Source: Verrucomicrobiota bacterium
GTDB lineage: Bacteria; Verrucomicrobiota; Verrucomicrobiia; Limisphaerales; AAA164-E04
DNA: 64,000 nt
Assembly: GCA_047947115.1 (NCBI GenBank)
Contig: CP170459.1
Span: 3,296,001-3,360,000, forward strand
Direction of reading: 5' to 3'
Shown here: piece by piece, positions 40,543 to 51,104 of the stretch
Layout of the letters: every line of letters starts with the position of its first letter
Position numbering within the stretch: position 1 is the first letter of the stretch
The notes under the pieces: generated by a model
Told to the model about the DNA's origin: nothing
Seen by the model: only the letters and a program-made list of their open reading frames with translations
The model's database searches: none
Position numbers and translations under genes: made by a program

Positions 40543-40560
40543 ACTGTTCAAAAAAACAGT
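40543..40560 (+). promoter_or_regulatory. Putative LexA (SOS) box immediately upstream of lexA
   Basis: ACTGTTCAAAAAAACAGT contains TGTTC-N4-AAACA, one mismatch from the reported Verrucomicrobia LexA motif TGTTC-N4-GAACA, and abuts the ATG. Confidence 0.7.
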
Positions 40561-41202
40561 ATGAAAAGTGATTTGACGCAGCGCCAGCAGGAGGTGCTGA
40601 GCTTTATTATCAGACATCAACAAACGAATGGCGCGCCACCCAGCCAAAGGGAGGTGGCGCTCGAATTCGGCTTTCGCAGTACCACGGCGGTGGCGGACCA
40701 TTTGAGAGCCCTGCGACGCAAGGGTTACCTGGATCATCGACCACATCAGGCGCGATCACTCAGAGTGTTGTCCCGGACTGATTCGACAGAGCTCTCCCCG
40801 ACTCGTCCTATGATTGTCGATATTCCCGTTTTTGGATGTATTCCGGCCGGGTTTGCGGATGAGAGACGGCAGGATGCTTCCGAGGGTTGCATTTCGGTAG
40901 ATGTGGAAACACTTGGGGTCAAATCAACCGCACGGACCTTTGCGCTGGAAGTCAGGGGGGATTCCATGATCGGTCGTCACATCATGGAAGGGGATTACGC
41001 TGTTTTGGAACATGGGGTGGATCCGCGACCGGGAGATGTGGTCGCAGCATTGATCGACAATGAGTCGACCCTCAAGACATTCGTGAAACAAGGCGGAAAA
41101 CCCTGTCTCAAGGCAGAAAACCCGAAGTATCCGAACTTGATTCCGGCACAGGAACTGGTCATTCAGGGTGTGATGGTGGCGCTCATAAGGAAGTATCGAT
41201 GA
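40561..41202 (+). CDS. lexA: SOS transcriptional repressor LexA
   Basis: LTQRQQEVL.FI...PPS.REVA..FGF.S...V..HL.AL..KGY; IPAG cleavage site; VRGDSM (catalytic Ser), TLK (catalytic Lys); ATG 40561. Confidence 0.95.
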   Translation: MKSDLTQRQQEVLSFIIRHQQTNGAPPSQREVALEFGFRSTTAVADHLRALRRKGYLDHRPHQARSLRVLSRTDSTELSPTRPMIVDIPVFGCIPAGFADERRQDASEGCISVDVETLGVKSTARTFALEVRGDSMIGRHIMEGDYAVLEHGVDPRPGDVVAALIDNESTLKTFVKQGGKPCLKAENPKYPNLIPAQELVIQGVMVALIRKYR

Positions 41203-41239
41203 GGTTCGTGTGAATGATGCTATCCTCAATGCTATCTTT

Positions 41240-41286
41240 TTGACAGGTTCCCAGCTAGTTGTTAGGTTCGGCTACTGTTTGAAACA
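41240..41286 (+). promoter_or_regulatory. Sigma-70 promoter with a downstream palindrome, upstream of the methyltransferase
   Basis: TTGACA-17-TAGGTT with an extended TG, followed by TGTTT-G-AAACA (41276-41286). Confidence 0.55.
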
Positions 41287-41343
41287 ATAACTTTTGGATT
41301 CTTGATGGAAGCTATTGGCGAAACGGTTCTGTAATTGATCACT

Positions 41344-41937
41344 ATGACGAACAAATCAACATCGGGCTTGGCGTCGGCTGCCTTGTTTTTCAAGGAAATA
41401 TTCGCCAATCAGCGAACCGTTGGCGCCGCCGCGCCCAGCGCTCCGGCTTTGGGTAAGCATATGGCTTCCAAAGTGCCAGCCTTGGCAGATGGGCAATATG
41501 TCGTGGAATTGGGCGCCGGCACGGGGGCCATCACCGCACAGTTGTTGAACAGCGGCATCCAGGGTGATCAGCTTGTTTCCGTCGAACGATCCGAAGTCAT
41601 GTCCGGGCATTTGCGTAAACGATTTCCCGATATCAAGGTGGTACAGGGGGACGCGTCCCGGCTCAAGTGTCTGCTGGAGGATGATCATGGCATCTGCAGC
41701 AAATCCGTTTCCTGCATCGTATCGGGCCTTCCGCTTCGGTCACTACCCAAAACAGTCGTTAAGTCCATCTTGTCCGAAGCGCAGGAGATCCTTCCCTCCG
41801 GTGGACGATTTATTCAATTCACCTACGATATCCGTAAAGGGGCCAATCCTGCCTTGTCGGCATTCAGTCGTCGGGATACTCAGGTGGTCTGGATGAATTT
41901 TCCTCCTGCCCGCGTGGATGTTTACATCAAGCCGTAA
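41344..41937 (+). CDS. Phospholipid N-methyltransferase (PmtA-like, class I SAM)
   Basis: VGAAAPS...L...MA, VVELGAGTGAIT, GDA, IVSGLPL, L..GGRFIQFTY, VWMNFPPARV. Confidence 0.88.
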   Translation: MTNKSTSGLASAALFFKEIFANQRTVGAAAPSAPALGKHMASKVPALADGQYVVELGAGTGAITAQLLNSGIQGDQLVSVERSEVMSGHLRKRFPDIKVVQGDASRLKCLLEDDHGICSKSVSCIVSGLPLRSLPKTVVKSILSEAQEILPSGGRFIQFTYDIRKGANPALSAFSRRDTQVVWMNFPPARVDVYIKP

Positions 41938-41995
41938 TGTTCAGGCCTGGACTCATTCGGATCGATCATTTCGAACTTTAGCAATTATCCTAATT

Positions 41996-42301
41996 ATGAT
42001 GGAATCACTCACCGGGGCACAAAAGCGTCAACTGAAATCCATTGCCCAACGACTGGAGGCGACTGTCCGGGTCGGAAAAAATGGTTTGAGCGATGGATTC
42101 TTCAAAGAGTTGAACGATGCGCTGGAACGTTCCGAACTGGTGAAAGTGCGCTTTTCCGATTTCAAGGATGAAAAGAAGGAGCTGGCACCCCAAATTTCCG
42201 AGAAATCGGGAAGCCATTTTGTCACGCGCGTAGGAAACGTTGCTGTGTATTTTCGGCAACAACCCGATCCTGAGAAGAGACGGGTCAAGTTCAGCTCATA
42301 A
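41996..42301 (+). CDS. yhbY: CRM-domain RNA-binding protein YhbY
   Basis: LTGAQKRQLKS.A..L...V.VGKNGL, AL..SELVKV, VGNVAV.FR. Confidence 0.92.
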   Translation: MMESLTGAQKRQLKSIAQRLEATVRVGKNGLSDGFFKELNDALERSELVKVRFSDFKDEKKELAPQISEKSGSHFVTRVGNVAVYFRQQPDPEKRRVKFSS

Positions 42302-42353
42302 ACTCCGCTTCTCGATGTTGCCAATGCCTTGCTTTGGCAGGTAGCATCAGGGA

Positions 42354-43778
42354 ATGAAATCATTCTGGTTCTCGCTGCTGTGGTGCTTTTTAGCCTCCGT
42401 TGCTCTCCGTGCCGAATCTGCCCAAAAGAACAACGTTGTCCTGATACTCGCTGATGATCTCGGGTGGAGCGATCTGGCGTGTTATGGGAGCGATCTTCAT
42501 GAAACACCGCATTTGGATCGCCTGGCGGGAGAACAGATTCGTTTTAATCAGGCCTATGCGGCGAGTCCTGTTTGCACACCGACCCGTGCGTCCATATTGA
42601 CCGGACGTCATCCTGCCCGGCTCAACATGACCATCTGGCGTGAAAACGCCTTGAACCGAGGCAATCGGCGCTTGTTGGAACCCGTGACCTTGGATGCCTT
42701 GCCTCTGGAGGAAACCACCTTGGCAGAGGTCTTGAAACAGGCGGGCTATTATACGGCACATGTTGGAAAGTGGCATCTGGGATCTGCGGAAGCCTATCCG
42801 CAGTCGCATGGATTTGATGTCAACATTGGAGGAACCTTGTGGGGAGCTCCCCAGAGCTTCTTTTATCCATTTAAAGGAGATCAGTATTTTTCAGACTGGC
42901 GTTATGTGCCGGATCTTGAACCGGGTGAGGAAGGGGATTATCTGACGGATCGACTGACTGATAAAGCCATTGAGATCATGGACCGATGTGCAGGAGAGCA
43001 GCCCTTTTATATCAATCTCTGGTATCATTCGGTTCATACCCCCATTGAGGGTAAACCAGCCCTTGTCCAGAAATACAAAGACAAAATCAAGCGAGTGCGT
43101 CCCGTGAACCATCTGAATCCGGACTACGCGGCGATGGTGGAAAGCCTCGATGAAAACGTGGGGCGGGTCTTAACCCGACTGGATGAACTGGGTCTTCGGA
43201 ATCAGACGCTGGTCGTTTTTCTTTCCGACAACGGAGGTTTCATCAACGGTTCTCGTTTGCAGAACGGGATGCCCGTGACTTCCAATGCGCCTCTCCGATC
43301 TGGAAAGGGTTCCTGCTACGAAGGTGGCATCAGGGTGCCGATGATCATTGATCTTCCAGGTGCGAACCAGAAGCCACGCGTGGTCGAGACCCCCGTGACG
43401 ACCTGTGATTTGTTTCCCACCATTTTACGTTCGCTCGAAGTGGCGTGGCCGGAGGATTTGGTGTTGGACGGTGTGGATGTCCGGTCGTTGTGGTCCGATG
43501 TCCATGCCAATTTGGATCGTCATGCGTTGTATTTTCATTATCCTCATTATTATCCCACCACGACTCCTGTTTCATCCATTCGACAGGGTCCCTGGAAGTT
43601 GCTGGAGTATTATGAAGACCAGACGCTCGAACTTTATCATTTGACAGATGATCCGGGTGAGATCCGCAATCTGCTTGACAGTCAACCGTCGGCTGCCGAA
43701 CGCCTGCGCACACAATTGAAATTATGGCGCGAATCGGTGTCGGCATCCATGCCAGAGAAAAATCCTCATCAGCCATAG
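42354..43778 (+). CDS. Formylglycine-dependent sulfatase (arylsulfatase A-like)
   Basis: ILADDLG, CTPTRASILTGR, GKWHLG, SDNGG, GKGS.YEGGIRVP. Confidence 0.95.
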   Translation: MKSFWFSLLWCFLASVALRAESAQKNNVVLILADDLGWSDLACYGSDLHETPHLDRLAGEQIRFNQAYAASPVCTPTRASILTGRHPARLNMTIWRENALNRGNRRLLEPVTLDALPLEETTLAEVLKQAGYYTAHVGKWHLGSAEAYPQSHGFDVNIGGTLWGAPQSFFYPFKGDQYFSDWRYVPDLEPGEEGDYLTDRLTDKAIEIMDRCAGEQPFYINLWYHSVHTPIEGKPALVQKYKDKIKRVRPVNHLNPDYAAMVESLDENVGRVLTRLDELGLRNQTLVVFLSDNGGFINGSRLQNGMPVTSNAPLRSGKGSCYEGGIRVPMIIDLPGANQKPRVVETPVTTCDLFPTILRSLEVAWPEDLVLDGVDVRSLWSDVHANLDRHALYFHYPHYYPTTTPVSSIRQGPWKLLEYYEDQTLELYHLTDDPGEIRNLLDSQPSAAERLRTQLKLWRESVSASMPEKNPHQP

Positions 43779-43838
43779 CCGGGCGAACAGTTTTTCGAGG
43801 TTGATCAGAGGTCTGTCTTGGTGCAGATTCGCTTCCGT

Positions 43839-44894
43839 ATGCAATCTCGTTTCTCAATGCTACTGTTCGTGCTGTTCACAGGCAGTCAATGGCTCCTGTC
43901 CTCAGCGGAGACTCCTGCTCATTCGGCTGTCACACCTGCTCCCCGCGAAGGTGGATGGATGAATCGACATGAGTCGTTCAATCAAAAAGTCCAGGCTAAT
44001 CAGGGCAACATTGATCTGGTGTTCATCGGTGATTCCATCACCCAAGGATGGGAGGGGCGTGGCAAAATGGTTTGGGAAACATATTACGGACACCGCAAAG
44101 CATTGAATCTTGGGATCGGCGGTGATCGCACACAGCATGTTCTATGGCGTTTGGATCACGGCAACATGGATGGGATTCAACCCAAGGTGGCCGTGGTAAT
44201 GATTGGCACCAACAACTCTGGCGACGACCGCAACACCGCCAACGAAATGGTGGATGGCGTGACGGCGGTGGTGGAGAAACTGCGTGCCAAAAGTCCCGAC
44301 ACCAAGATCCTGTTACTGGCCATTTTTCCGAGAGGAGAAACGTTCAACGATCAACGCGGCAAGATTCTTCAGGTTAACCAGGCCATCCGGAAATTGCAGG
44401 ACAACAAGCATGTTTTCTTTTTGGATATTGGCCATCGGTTCATGGACAAAAATGGGGTGATTCCGAAGGCCATCATGCCTGATTTTTTTCATTTCTCCAC
44501 AGCGGGGTATGGTGTGTGGGCTCAGGCGATAGAATCCAAGCTTGCTTCTTTGCTGGGAGACGAAGCGGTCAAAGCAATCGCGGCCGAGTTGAATGGAACG
44601 TGGACGTTTTCGATCAATGGTCCTGACGGGCAGGTGGATTCTGAAATGAAACTACGCCGCAAGGGCGCGCAATTGTTTGGTTCAATTGTCATGGGCAATG
44701 ATCGTGAATTTCAATTGGAGCAAGGAGGTGTATTCGGGAATCGGGTTGAATTCACTATCCGCCGCGACCGTCCTCAAGGCGGGGAGGCAGTGTATCATTT
44801 GGTTGGAGAAATAAAAGGAGGCAAACTTGAGGGAGAAGTCACCGCCACGCTGAATGACGAAAAGACCACCCAACCCTGGTGGGCGGTGAGATAG
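43839..44894 (+). CDS. SGNH/GDSL esterase (PAF-acetylhydrolase-like) with an extra C-terminal beta domain
   Basis: FIGDSITQGW, NLGIGGDRTQHVLWRL, IGTNN, MPDFFH. Confidence 0.9.
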   Translation: MQSRFSMLLFVLFTGSQWLLSSAETPAHSAVTPAPREGGWMNRHESFNQKVQANQGNIDLVFIGDSITQGWEGRGKMVWETYYGHRKALNLGIGGDRTQHVLWRLDHGNMDGIQPKVAVVMIGTNNSGDDRNTANEMVDGVTAVVEKLRAKSPDTKILLLAIFPRGETFNDQRGKILQVNQAIRKLQDNKHVFFLDIGHRFMDKNGVIPKAIMPDFFHFSTAGYGVWAQAIESKLASLLGDEAVKAIAAELNGTWTFSINGPDGQVDSEMKLRRKGAQLFGSIVMGNDREFQLEQGGVFGNRVEFTIRRDRPQGGEAVYHLVGEIKGGKLEGEVTATLNDEKTTQPWWAVR

Positions 44895-45094
44895 TTGGTG
44901 GAAATACAATATCCTGGTTAGTGCATAGGTGATCGCGCAGGTTAATGCCGGTAGATTCCCAACGAACTGGTATCTGTTGTGCCCGCTGGCATCAGCCATC
45001 TGGATGTGGGGTGTTGGGTGCGGCAGGGATTTCCACTGGGAGATGAAATGCGGGTTTTGGATGTCATGCTGTTTACGCGCCGAGACAACACACT

Positions 45095-45421
45095 CTACCT
45101 TTGGTGGTTGTCGATGTGGAATACTTCGCGGCAATCGGTCGATTGAGGGCTTTTGTCCGGATTTGTTTCCATAAGGAGGCTCATATGTTGCCACCATTTT
45201 CGACAGATGGGGGTTTGCGCGATGCTGTTCCATCTGGCTTCATCTTCGATTTCTGCGTAGGCAAAGAGTTGGCGTCCGTCGGGGTGTAGAAAGATGCTGT
45301 AGGTGGTCACTCCGTGTTCGAAAAGGACTTGTTCGAGTTCCGGCCAGATGGGGTTGTGACGCGTTTCATACTCGGATTCAAATCCGGGTTTGAGAGTCAT
45401 GACAAATGCTTTGCGGATCAC
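45095..45421 (-). CDS. rhaM: L-rhamnose mutarotase
   Basis: MIRKAFVM.LKPG...EY..RHNPIWPEL, YSIFL, LFAYAEIE, C.KWW.HM..LM..NPD.SP, EVFHID. Confidence 0.93.
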   Translation of the reverse strand: MIRKAFVMTLKPGFESEYETRHNPIWPELEQVLFEHGVTTYSIFLHPDGRQLFAYAEIEDEARWNSIAQTPICRKWWQHMSLLMETNPDKSPQSTDCREVFHIDNHQR

Positions 45422-45426
45422 GGTGC

Positions 45427-45921
45427 TTAAAGAGGGAGGTCCACTCGTTGAGGGGTTTTTGTGTCAGTGTTGTAAATGACCAGTGTTGAGTTTCCGGTCA
45501 GGCCCCCGTAAACCTCACCCGGATTGATCAGCTGACAGTCGCCGGTTTGGGTGAGTTCAAATCGGTGGTTATGACCAAAGCAGACGACGTCGTATCGTCC
45601 GGATTCAGCGAGTACGCGCGCGATATTGTCGAAATGATTCATGCCAAACCTTACATCATTGAATGTCAGCTCCGCCAATTCGCCGTGGAGTTGGATCTGG
45701 GGGTAGGCTTTGCTGTTTTGGGTGATTCGGAACAGATCGCCGTCGTTGTTGCCGAAGACCACATGAATCGGTTTTTGATATCCTTCCCCAAGTGCTTTGA
45801 TGACAAAGGGGGAGCATAGGTCGCCACAACAGAGCAGGGCGTCCGTTTCTTGAATGGCAACCAGCGCCTTCTTCAACTGGGGCAACTGGTCGTGGATGTC
45901 TGATAGGATGCCTATTTTCAT
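45427..45921 (-). CDS. YfcE-family metallophosphoesterase
   Basis: ILSDIHD, CGDL, VFGNND, FGHNH, INPG. Confidence 0.9.
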   Translation of the reverse strand: MKIGILSDIHDQLPQLKKALVAIQETDALLCCGDLCSPFVIKALGEGYQKPIHVVFGNNDGDLFRITQNSKAYPQIQLHGELAELTFNDVRFGMNHFDNIARVLAESGRYDVVCFGHNHRFELTQTGDCQLINPGEVYGGLTGNSTLVIYNTDTKTPQRVDLPL

Positions 45922-45931
45922 GTTTTGATTT

Positions 45932-47320
45932 CTATTCTTTAGTGGTTTTCATCATGCGTTGAACCGCTTGGGTTATCTGAAATTCAACATCCGAGGACCA
46001 TCGTGTAGGTTGCCCGTAATAGACCATCGAACCTCCGCCCTCATAACCACCTTCCGTCCAGACACGCTTGGATGGAATGTATCCCATGATGTCGTGAGAG
46101 TAACCTGCGACCCAGACATGTGGACCGTATTCCTTTTTGAAACGCAGGGCGAAATCCACCACGACTTCCCCGCCCAAAGTGATCCATTCAATTTGATCAC
46201 CCAGCCGCCAAAGTCCGACCGGGTAGTCATAGGTTTGCGGGATGGATTCTCCGGATTCCAGATGTTTCAACCATTTGTTGGCTCTGGAAGCTGCGTAACG
46301 GTTTTCCGAACTTGCTTCCTCCTCAAGCGATTCCTTGCTTGGGAGACTGTCGAACCGTAACGGGATTTCATTGTAATCGGTCTCGAGAGAAGCTTCGACC
46401 TCTGGCAAGGCTCCTTCGATGCCACGGATGACGGCTTCTCCGAGAGCTTTTCCATAAGCTTCCGCCAGTTCGACTTTTCGGCGTGGAAGGGGATTGATAT
46501 CCGCTCCACAGCCGGCCCAGAACATGGCTTGGACACCCTCGTACGCATTTTCAAGGTAGGCTTGTGCGTAACCCGGATAATCACCCGACCATTGATAATC
46601 ACTCAACACCGTTGCATGGCAGGCGTAGCCAAAGATCAGGCCTTGAAGTTCGTTGTCTTGATTGCGAACCTCCAGGATGGGGACGGAATAATCCACCGGA
46701 CCCAGCAGTTTACCGGCTGCACGCCATGCTGGAACGTGTGACTCAGGGTTTTGCCTTCGGTTGGTGGCGAAGGTGGCGTGGGATTGACCAGCTCTCAATC
46801 GGGCGGTTTGTCGGTTTTGAAAGGCTTTCTTGCCCAGTTCAACGAGTTGTGATTTCAGTTGAACCGTGTAGGTTCGAATGAGCTTGGAGTCCGTTTCTTC
46901 GAGAATGTACATGGTGCGGAGATTCTCCCCCACCACAGGACCGGTATGTGTGTGTGAACAATTGATCAGAATATCGCCGAGGGTTAATCCGAGATCTTCC
47001 GCCAACTGCCTGCGCACAGGACCGGTCACATCTGCTGAAACTCCAACCAGGTCCAAGGTGATTAATAGCGCCTGTGAGCCCGACGCATCTTCAAGAGCCA
47101 TGGCTTTCGCCCAAAGGGGGGTGCGGGTTCCTTCGGCTCCCCGGTCTCGGGAGGCGTAACCACTCATCCAGACCGATGCCTGCGGTGTGATTTCCTTTCG
47201 GGCAAAACCGATTTTCCACCCTGCGGAGGTGACAAGTTGCCATGAGATCAATCCTGACAGGTACACAGTGACAAGCATTGCTCGTGGTACAAAAACTCTC
47301 TGAAATGACAAGGATTGCAT
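45932..47320 (-). CDS. Neutral/alkaline ceramidase-like hydrolase
   Basis: ITP...WMSGYA.R, SHTHTGP, NRR, YACHAT, SGDYPG, G.GADINP, GEVV, GYIP...EGGYE. Confidence 0.85.
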   Translation of the reverse strand: MQSLSFQRVFVPRAMLVTVYLSGLISWQLVTSAGWKIGFARKEITPQASVWMSGYASRDRGAEGTRTPLWAKAMALEDASGSQALLITLDLVGVSADVTGPVRRQLAEDLGLTLGDILINCSHTHTGPVVGENLRTMYILEETDSKLIRTYTVQLKSQLVELGKKAFQNRQTARLRAGQSHATFATNRRQNPESHVPAWRAAGKLLGPVDYSVPILEVRNQDNELQGLIFGYACHATVLSDYQWSGDYPGYAQAYLENAYEGVQAMFWAGCGADINPLPRRKVELAEAYGKALGEAVIRGIEGALPEVEASLETDYNEIPLRFDSLPSKESLEEEASSENRYAASRANKWLKHLESGESIPQTYDYPVGLWRLGDQIEWITLGGEVVVDFALRFKKEYGPHVWVAGYSHDIMGYIPSKRVWTEGGYEGGGSMVYYGQPTRWSSDVEFQITQAVQRMMKTTKE

Positions 47321-47660
47321 GTGTCGAATCCTACCTTGAACGGCACGGATTGAAAAGAAGATCTGATTACGTCACCTGATAAAATGGCCGTTCAGTTGAT
47401 TCCCGGTCAGGAGTTGACATGGGAGCTGTCCGGCTCCGAGTCATCGTCATGCGGGATACGGTGTGAATAAGGAAGAGGTAATCGGTTGTCATGGTTGGGC
47501 GCCCCCAGCATTAGAAATGGGATGGTATCGGCCTGAGTAGGAATCGCTGCATGTGCTGGCGTATCCAAAGAGGTGTCGAGCCACTCCAGACCACAACCAA
47601 GACGCTCCCATGCATTATCTTGAAGGAAACACAGAGGATGTTGTGAAGAGTAATGGCTTG

Positions 47661-50600
47661 TTACCTGGTTTGTTTTAACTGCATGACATCGCTGCGCCGG
47701 TTTTGAAAGAAAACCCTGTAAAAGTAGTTGTTCATGTTTGTGTCCGGGTTGTTGCTTTGGGATTCCTCGAACATCCAGGCTTCCATGCGGCTGTCGGGTT
47801 CATACGTAAATGACACCAGTTGGTCGAGGTATTGAGTGAGTCTGGGGAAATTGTAAGGCTGATTGACCCAATCCTTGAATTGTTGGGAGCCTCCATAGAA
47901 TCCGTTGTAGGGTCTTGTGCCAAAGGATAGGTCGGCATCCCATTGCAGAAACTGGAAACGATGATCGTTTGGACGCCGATAGAAGTAGGCGTTCTTTCCG
48001 CGCGACTGGGTGAATGTGTCCCAATCGGCAATGAAACCCAATACCGCCGTCATTTTCAGTATGGCCTCCGAATCGAGAATGGCTTCCACTTTGTCCTGAG
48101 TGTAGTCGGGCCGGTTGATCAACTGAATGAAATCGATGAACGCCGTGTAATCGTCATCTTCCTCTCGGGAACGTTTCATCCAGGAATGTCGATAATGGGC
48201 GGGATGGTCCGGGCCGAAATTGTGCCAGCTAGCGTCCCTGGGCTGTTGTGACCAGTGGTCCGACATCCACCAATCGTCGTCAACGCGGTAGAGTTCCCCC
48301 TCGTTGCCGTTTTTGAAGTTTCGGTTGAGATAGTCGGAATCCACGGGTTCAACGTCTTCTCTCACATGAATCCCTCCTGCATTGATGATGACATAAACGA
48401 ACTCGTTTTGACCGCTGACATGTCCCAAAAGGTAGAGCCGATACCGTGCAATGCGATTGTGGTGGCGATAGGCGCCTCCGTTGCGGGTGGGATCGTTGTC
48501 GAATGCAAATTTTCCGTGGTCGCGGAATCGTCGGTCATTCGGGAGTTTCCATTTGCCTCGATCCATGCTGTTTCGGCGTGTCCAGGGACTGCCGCTTGGT
48601 CTCAGAACGGCACCTGTATAGATATCCCGTTCGTTGGAGATGAAAGTTGCATTGAAGTATTGGTTGGAAAGTCGAGGGTAACGGAATCCGTATGCCTCGC
48701 TTTGCTCCCGGTAAATGGCGTTCAGATGGTTGTTGGAAATCAACAAGCGCACCACTCGCAGATCTGAAGGGATAGGGCGGCCGTCAAACACGCACAAGGC
48801 CGGGGCGGCAGCAGCGCCTCTTGGCAAGGTGGTGCGCGGTCCTTTGGTAGGGATGGTTTCGATGTAATACTGGATTAATTCACCTTGCTGGTATGTGTTT
48901 TCCAACTGGATTTGATAAGTGGTGAGTGCTGTTGAAGATGGGCTGCCAGGTGCCAACGGTGACATGGGGGCCCGTTTCCACGGTTCCTTGTAATCACCAT
49001 CCAACCGATAAACCAGATTCACCAAGCCGGGTTCGCGGTGCCATCCAATGTCAGCCTCAATGGTCAAAGTTTCTCCGGGTGCGGGGACGGCCGGAGATTG
49101 ACGGAGTGCTTCCACCAGAGCAGGTGGATCGAGGTGCCACCTGGAATTTTGCTTGCCGGGTGTGCCGATGTCTACGGGGACCGAAAGGAGAATGGATTCT
49201 GAAAGGCTGTTCTCCCAGGTTCGGGCGATGAGCCTTGGGGAGCCATGCACCCAGCGGGCTTCAAAGGACAGTTCGTAATCGGTGTTGCGCTTCAGTTCGG
49301 TGATGTCTATCTCTGCGCGGTTGGCCCGGTTGTCCCCGTGACCGTTGGAAATGAGGTGAAGACGTCCGTTCTCCACGTAACTGTCCGCATGATTGCCCTG
49401 GATCAACCAACCGGTGGAACCGTCGCCTTCAATGGACAGCCGATCCGGATGTTCCAACAGGTTTTTGGAACTTCCTTTTTCCCGTAGTTGAATGTTTTGC
49501 AGGATGACATGACTCTCCCCGACCAGATACAAGTGCAATTCCTGATGATCCATGGGATGCCAGTATTGCTCATGTGCGAAATAACGGTTGGAGAAGGAAA
49601 AAGACTGGAACTCGGTGGTGCGGGATTCGCGGCTGTCTTTCCATGCGGAAGAATGGACGTTGTCCATATATGGATTGATCAACTCCATGCTGCTGCCTTT
49701 GCCTTGTGCCAGAGTGGGCCAGTCGCCTTCGGTTTGATAATCGATTTCGTCGGCGAGGTTGCCCTGAGCGTCGAGGAGCGTGATGTGTTCTCCATCATTG
49801 CTCAATTTTCCTTTCATCGGTCCGAGCGCGTTTAGATCCGGATGAGCGGTGTTCAATGCCTCAGGGTGATCTGCGATCACCAGGAACCCCCCAGGCTCTA
49901 TGGAAGTGCCTTCCGGAAATGTGTATTCAATTCCGCCGGCGAGTTTCCATCCATGCAAATCGATTGCCCGATCGCCGCGGTTGAATAGTTCGATGAATTC
50001 AAGATCCGGCTGGCCATAGGGTGGGTCATACATGATTTCGTTGATGACCACGTCCTCGCTGCGTTGGATGATGTTCGGCTGGTTCCGGGTATTGTCGATG
50101 GTCGTAAACCATTGCTTGCCTCCATCCGGGAACCGTTGGATGGAGGCATTATCCGGGACACTCAGTTTCTGTGCGTCCATGACAAGACCGGTGTTGCGAT
50201 GGATCAGAAAGATGCGAAATGTTTGGTCAGACGTTTTTTCCATCGTCAACTTGAAGGTGGCAAAACTGAACGGGGAAAGAGCCCCTTGGATCGGTAATGC
50301 GTTTTGAAATTTCGTTCCCATCGAAAGAGCCAGCTCATCGAGTTGCAAGATTCGGTCCGTATTGTTGAATAATTCAATGTCCAGAGTGTCGGAATGCCTT
50401 CGAGTGATCTCATTGAGGAAGATTTCTCCTCGTGCTGCTATTCCGCTTTCCGGGAAAGGAGCCGCTCCCGGTGTGCCTCCCGGGTGCTTGCTCGCTTTCC
50501 AGTTGCGCCCATCATTGATGCGGCGATCAGGGTGGCGAACCACCATGCTGTAACCGGCTCCGGCTGCCTCAATCGGCCAGGGAGGATCGTTGTCGAATTC

Positions 50601-51104
50601 GATTTCGCACAGCACGATGCCGTTCTTGTCGGATAGTTGCAGGCGCTCTTTTTTATGGTTCAATGTTCCCGTCCATGGCCCCCAGATGCGTGTGTGCGGG
50701 GGGATGGTATGAGCTTTTCGGAATGTTTCCGGTTCAGATTCGGTAAGGATGATCTGTTCAAAGGGACGGATAAAACTTGCGCGGGGCTCTTGGCGATCAA
50801 AGTCCGGAAAGGTGAATGTCAGGTCCCTGCCTTTTAATTCCCATTGAGCACAATCCATGGGGGTCGCAGTCAGGTTGGTGATCTCCACCCAGGCGGCTGC
50901 TTTCTCGTCCTGCGGGTGATACATGATTTCCGTGAAAATGACCTGATCCGCCATGAGGAGACCATTGGGCGTCAGGGCGCAACAAAGGAGCAGGCAAACA
51001 AGAAAGTTCCTTCCCGCCTTGTATGGACAACTTTGGCCGCTTCGTGTCATGTGCGTTTTCCTCCGGGGTCCTGCTCCATCCTGAAAACAGCGATTGGCCT
51101 CCAT
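47661..51104 (-). CDS. Lamin-tail-domain / CotH kinase family protein
   Basis: Two LTD starts (VIFTEIMYHP; VVINEIMYDP..EFIELFN); CotH C-terminus (GELYRVDD, WDTF...KNAYFY, WDADLSFG); start uncertain. Confidence 0.85.
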   Translation of the reverse strand: MEANRCFQDGAGPRRKTHMTRSGQSCPYKAGRNFLVCLLLCCALTPNGLLMADQVIFTEIMYHPQDEKAAAWVEITNLTATPMDCAQWELKGRDLTFTFPDFDRQEPRASFIRPFEQIILTESEPETFRKAHTIPPHTRIWGPWTGTLNHKKERLQLSDKNGIVLCEIEFDNDPPWPIEAAGAGYSMVVRHPDRRINDGRNWKASKHPGGTPGAAPFPESGIAARGEIFLNEITRRHSDTLDIELFNNTDRILQLDELALSMGTKFQNALPIQGALSPFSFATFKLTMEKTSDQTFRIFLIHRNTGLVMDAQKLSVPDNASIQRFPDGGKQWFTTIDNTRNQPNIIQRSEDVVINEIMYDPPYGQPDLEFIELFNRGDRAIDLHGWKLAGGIEYTFPEGTSIEPGGFLVIADHPEALNTAHPDLNALGPMKGKLSNDGEHITLLDAQGNLADEIDYQTEGDWPTLAQGKGSSMELINPYMDNVHSSAWKDSRESRTTEFQSFSFSNRYFAHEQYWHPMDHQELHLYLVGESHVILQNIQLREKGSSKNLLEHPDRLSIEGDGSTGWLIQGNHADSYVENGRLHLISNGHGDNRANRAEIDITELKRNTDYELSFEARWVHGSPRLIARTWENSLSESILLSVPVDIGTPGKQNSRWHLDPPALVEALRQSPAVPAPGETLTIEADIGWHREPGLVNLVYRLDGDYKEPWKRAPMSPLAPGSPSSTALTTYQIQLENTYQQGELIQYYIETIPTKGPRTTLPRGAAAAPALCVFDGRPIPSDLRVVRLLISNNHLNAIYREQSEAYGFRYPRLSNQYFNATFISNERDIYTGAVLRPSGSPWTRRNSMDRGKWKLPNDRRFRDHGKFAFDNDPTRNGGAYRHHNRIARYRLYLLGHVSGQNEFVYVIINAGGIHVREDVEPVDSDYLNRNFKNGNEGELYRVDDDWWMSDHWSQQPRDASWHNFGPDHPAHYRHSWMKRSREEDDDYTAFIDFIQLINRPDYTQDKVEAILDSEAILKMTAVLGFIADWDTFTQSRGKNAYFYRRPNDHRFQFLQWDADLSFGTRPYNGFYGGSQQFKDWVNQPYNFPRLTQYLDQLVSFTYEPDSRMEAWMFEESQSNNPDTNMNNYFYRVFFQNRRSDVMQLKQTR

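Noticed and set aside
47321..47660. 340-bp intergenic region as an ncRNA, riboswitch or small ORF
   Set aside because: No recognisable RNA motif; the short ORFs (34-41 aa) lack any family signal. An Rfam search would be needed.
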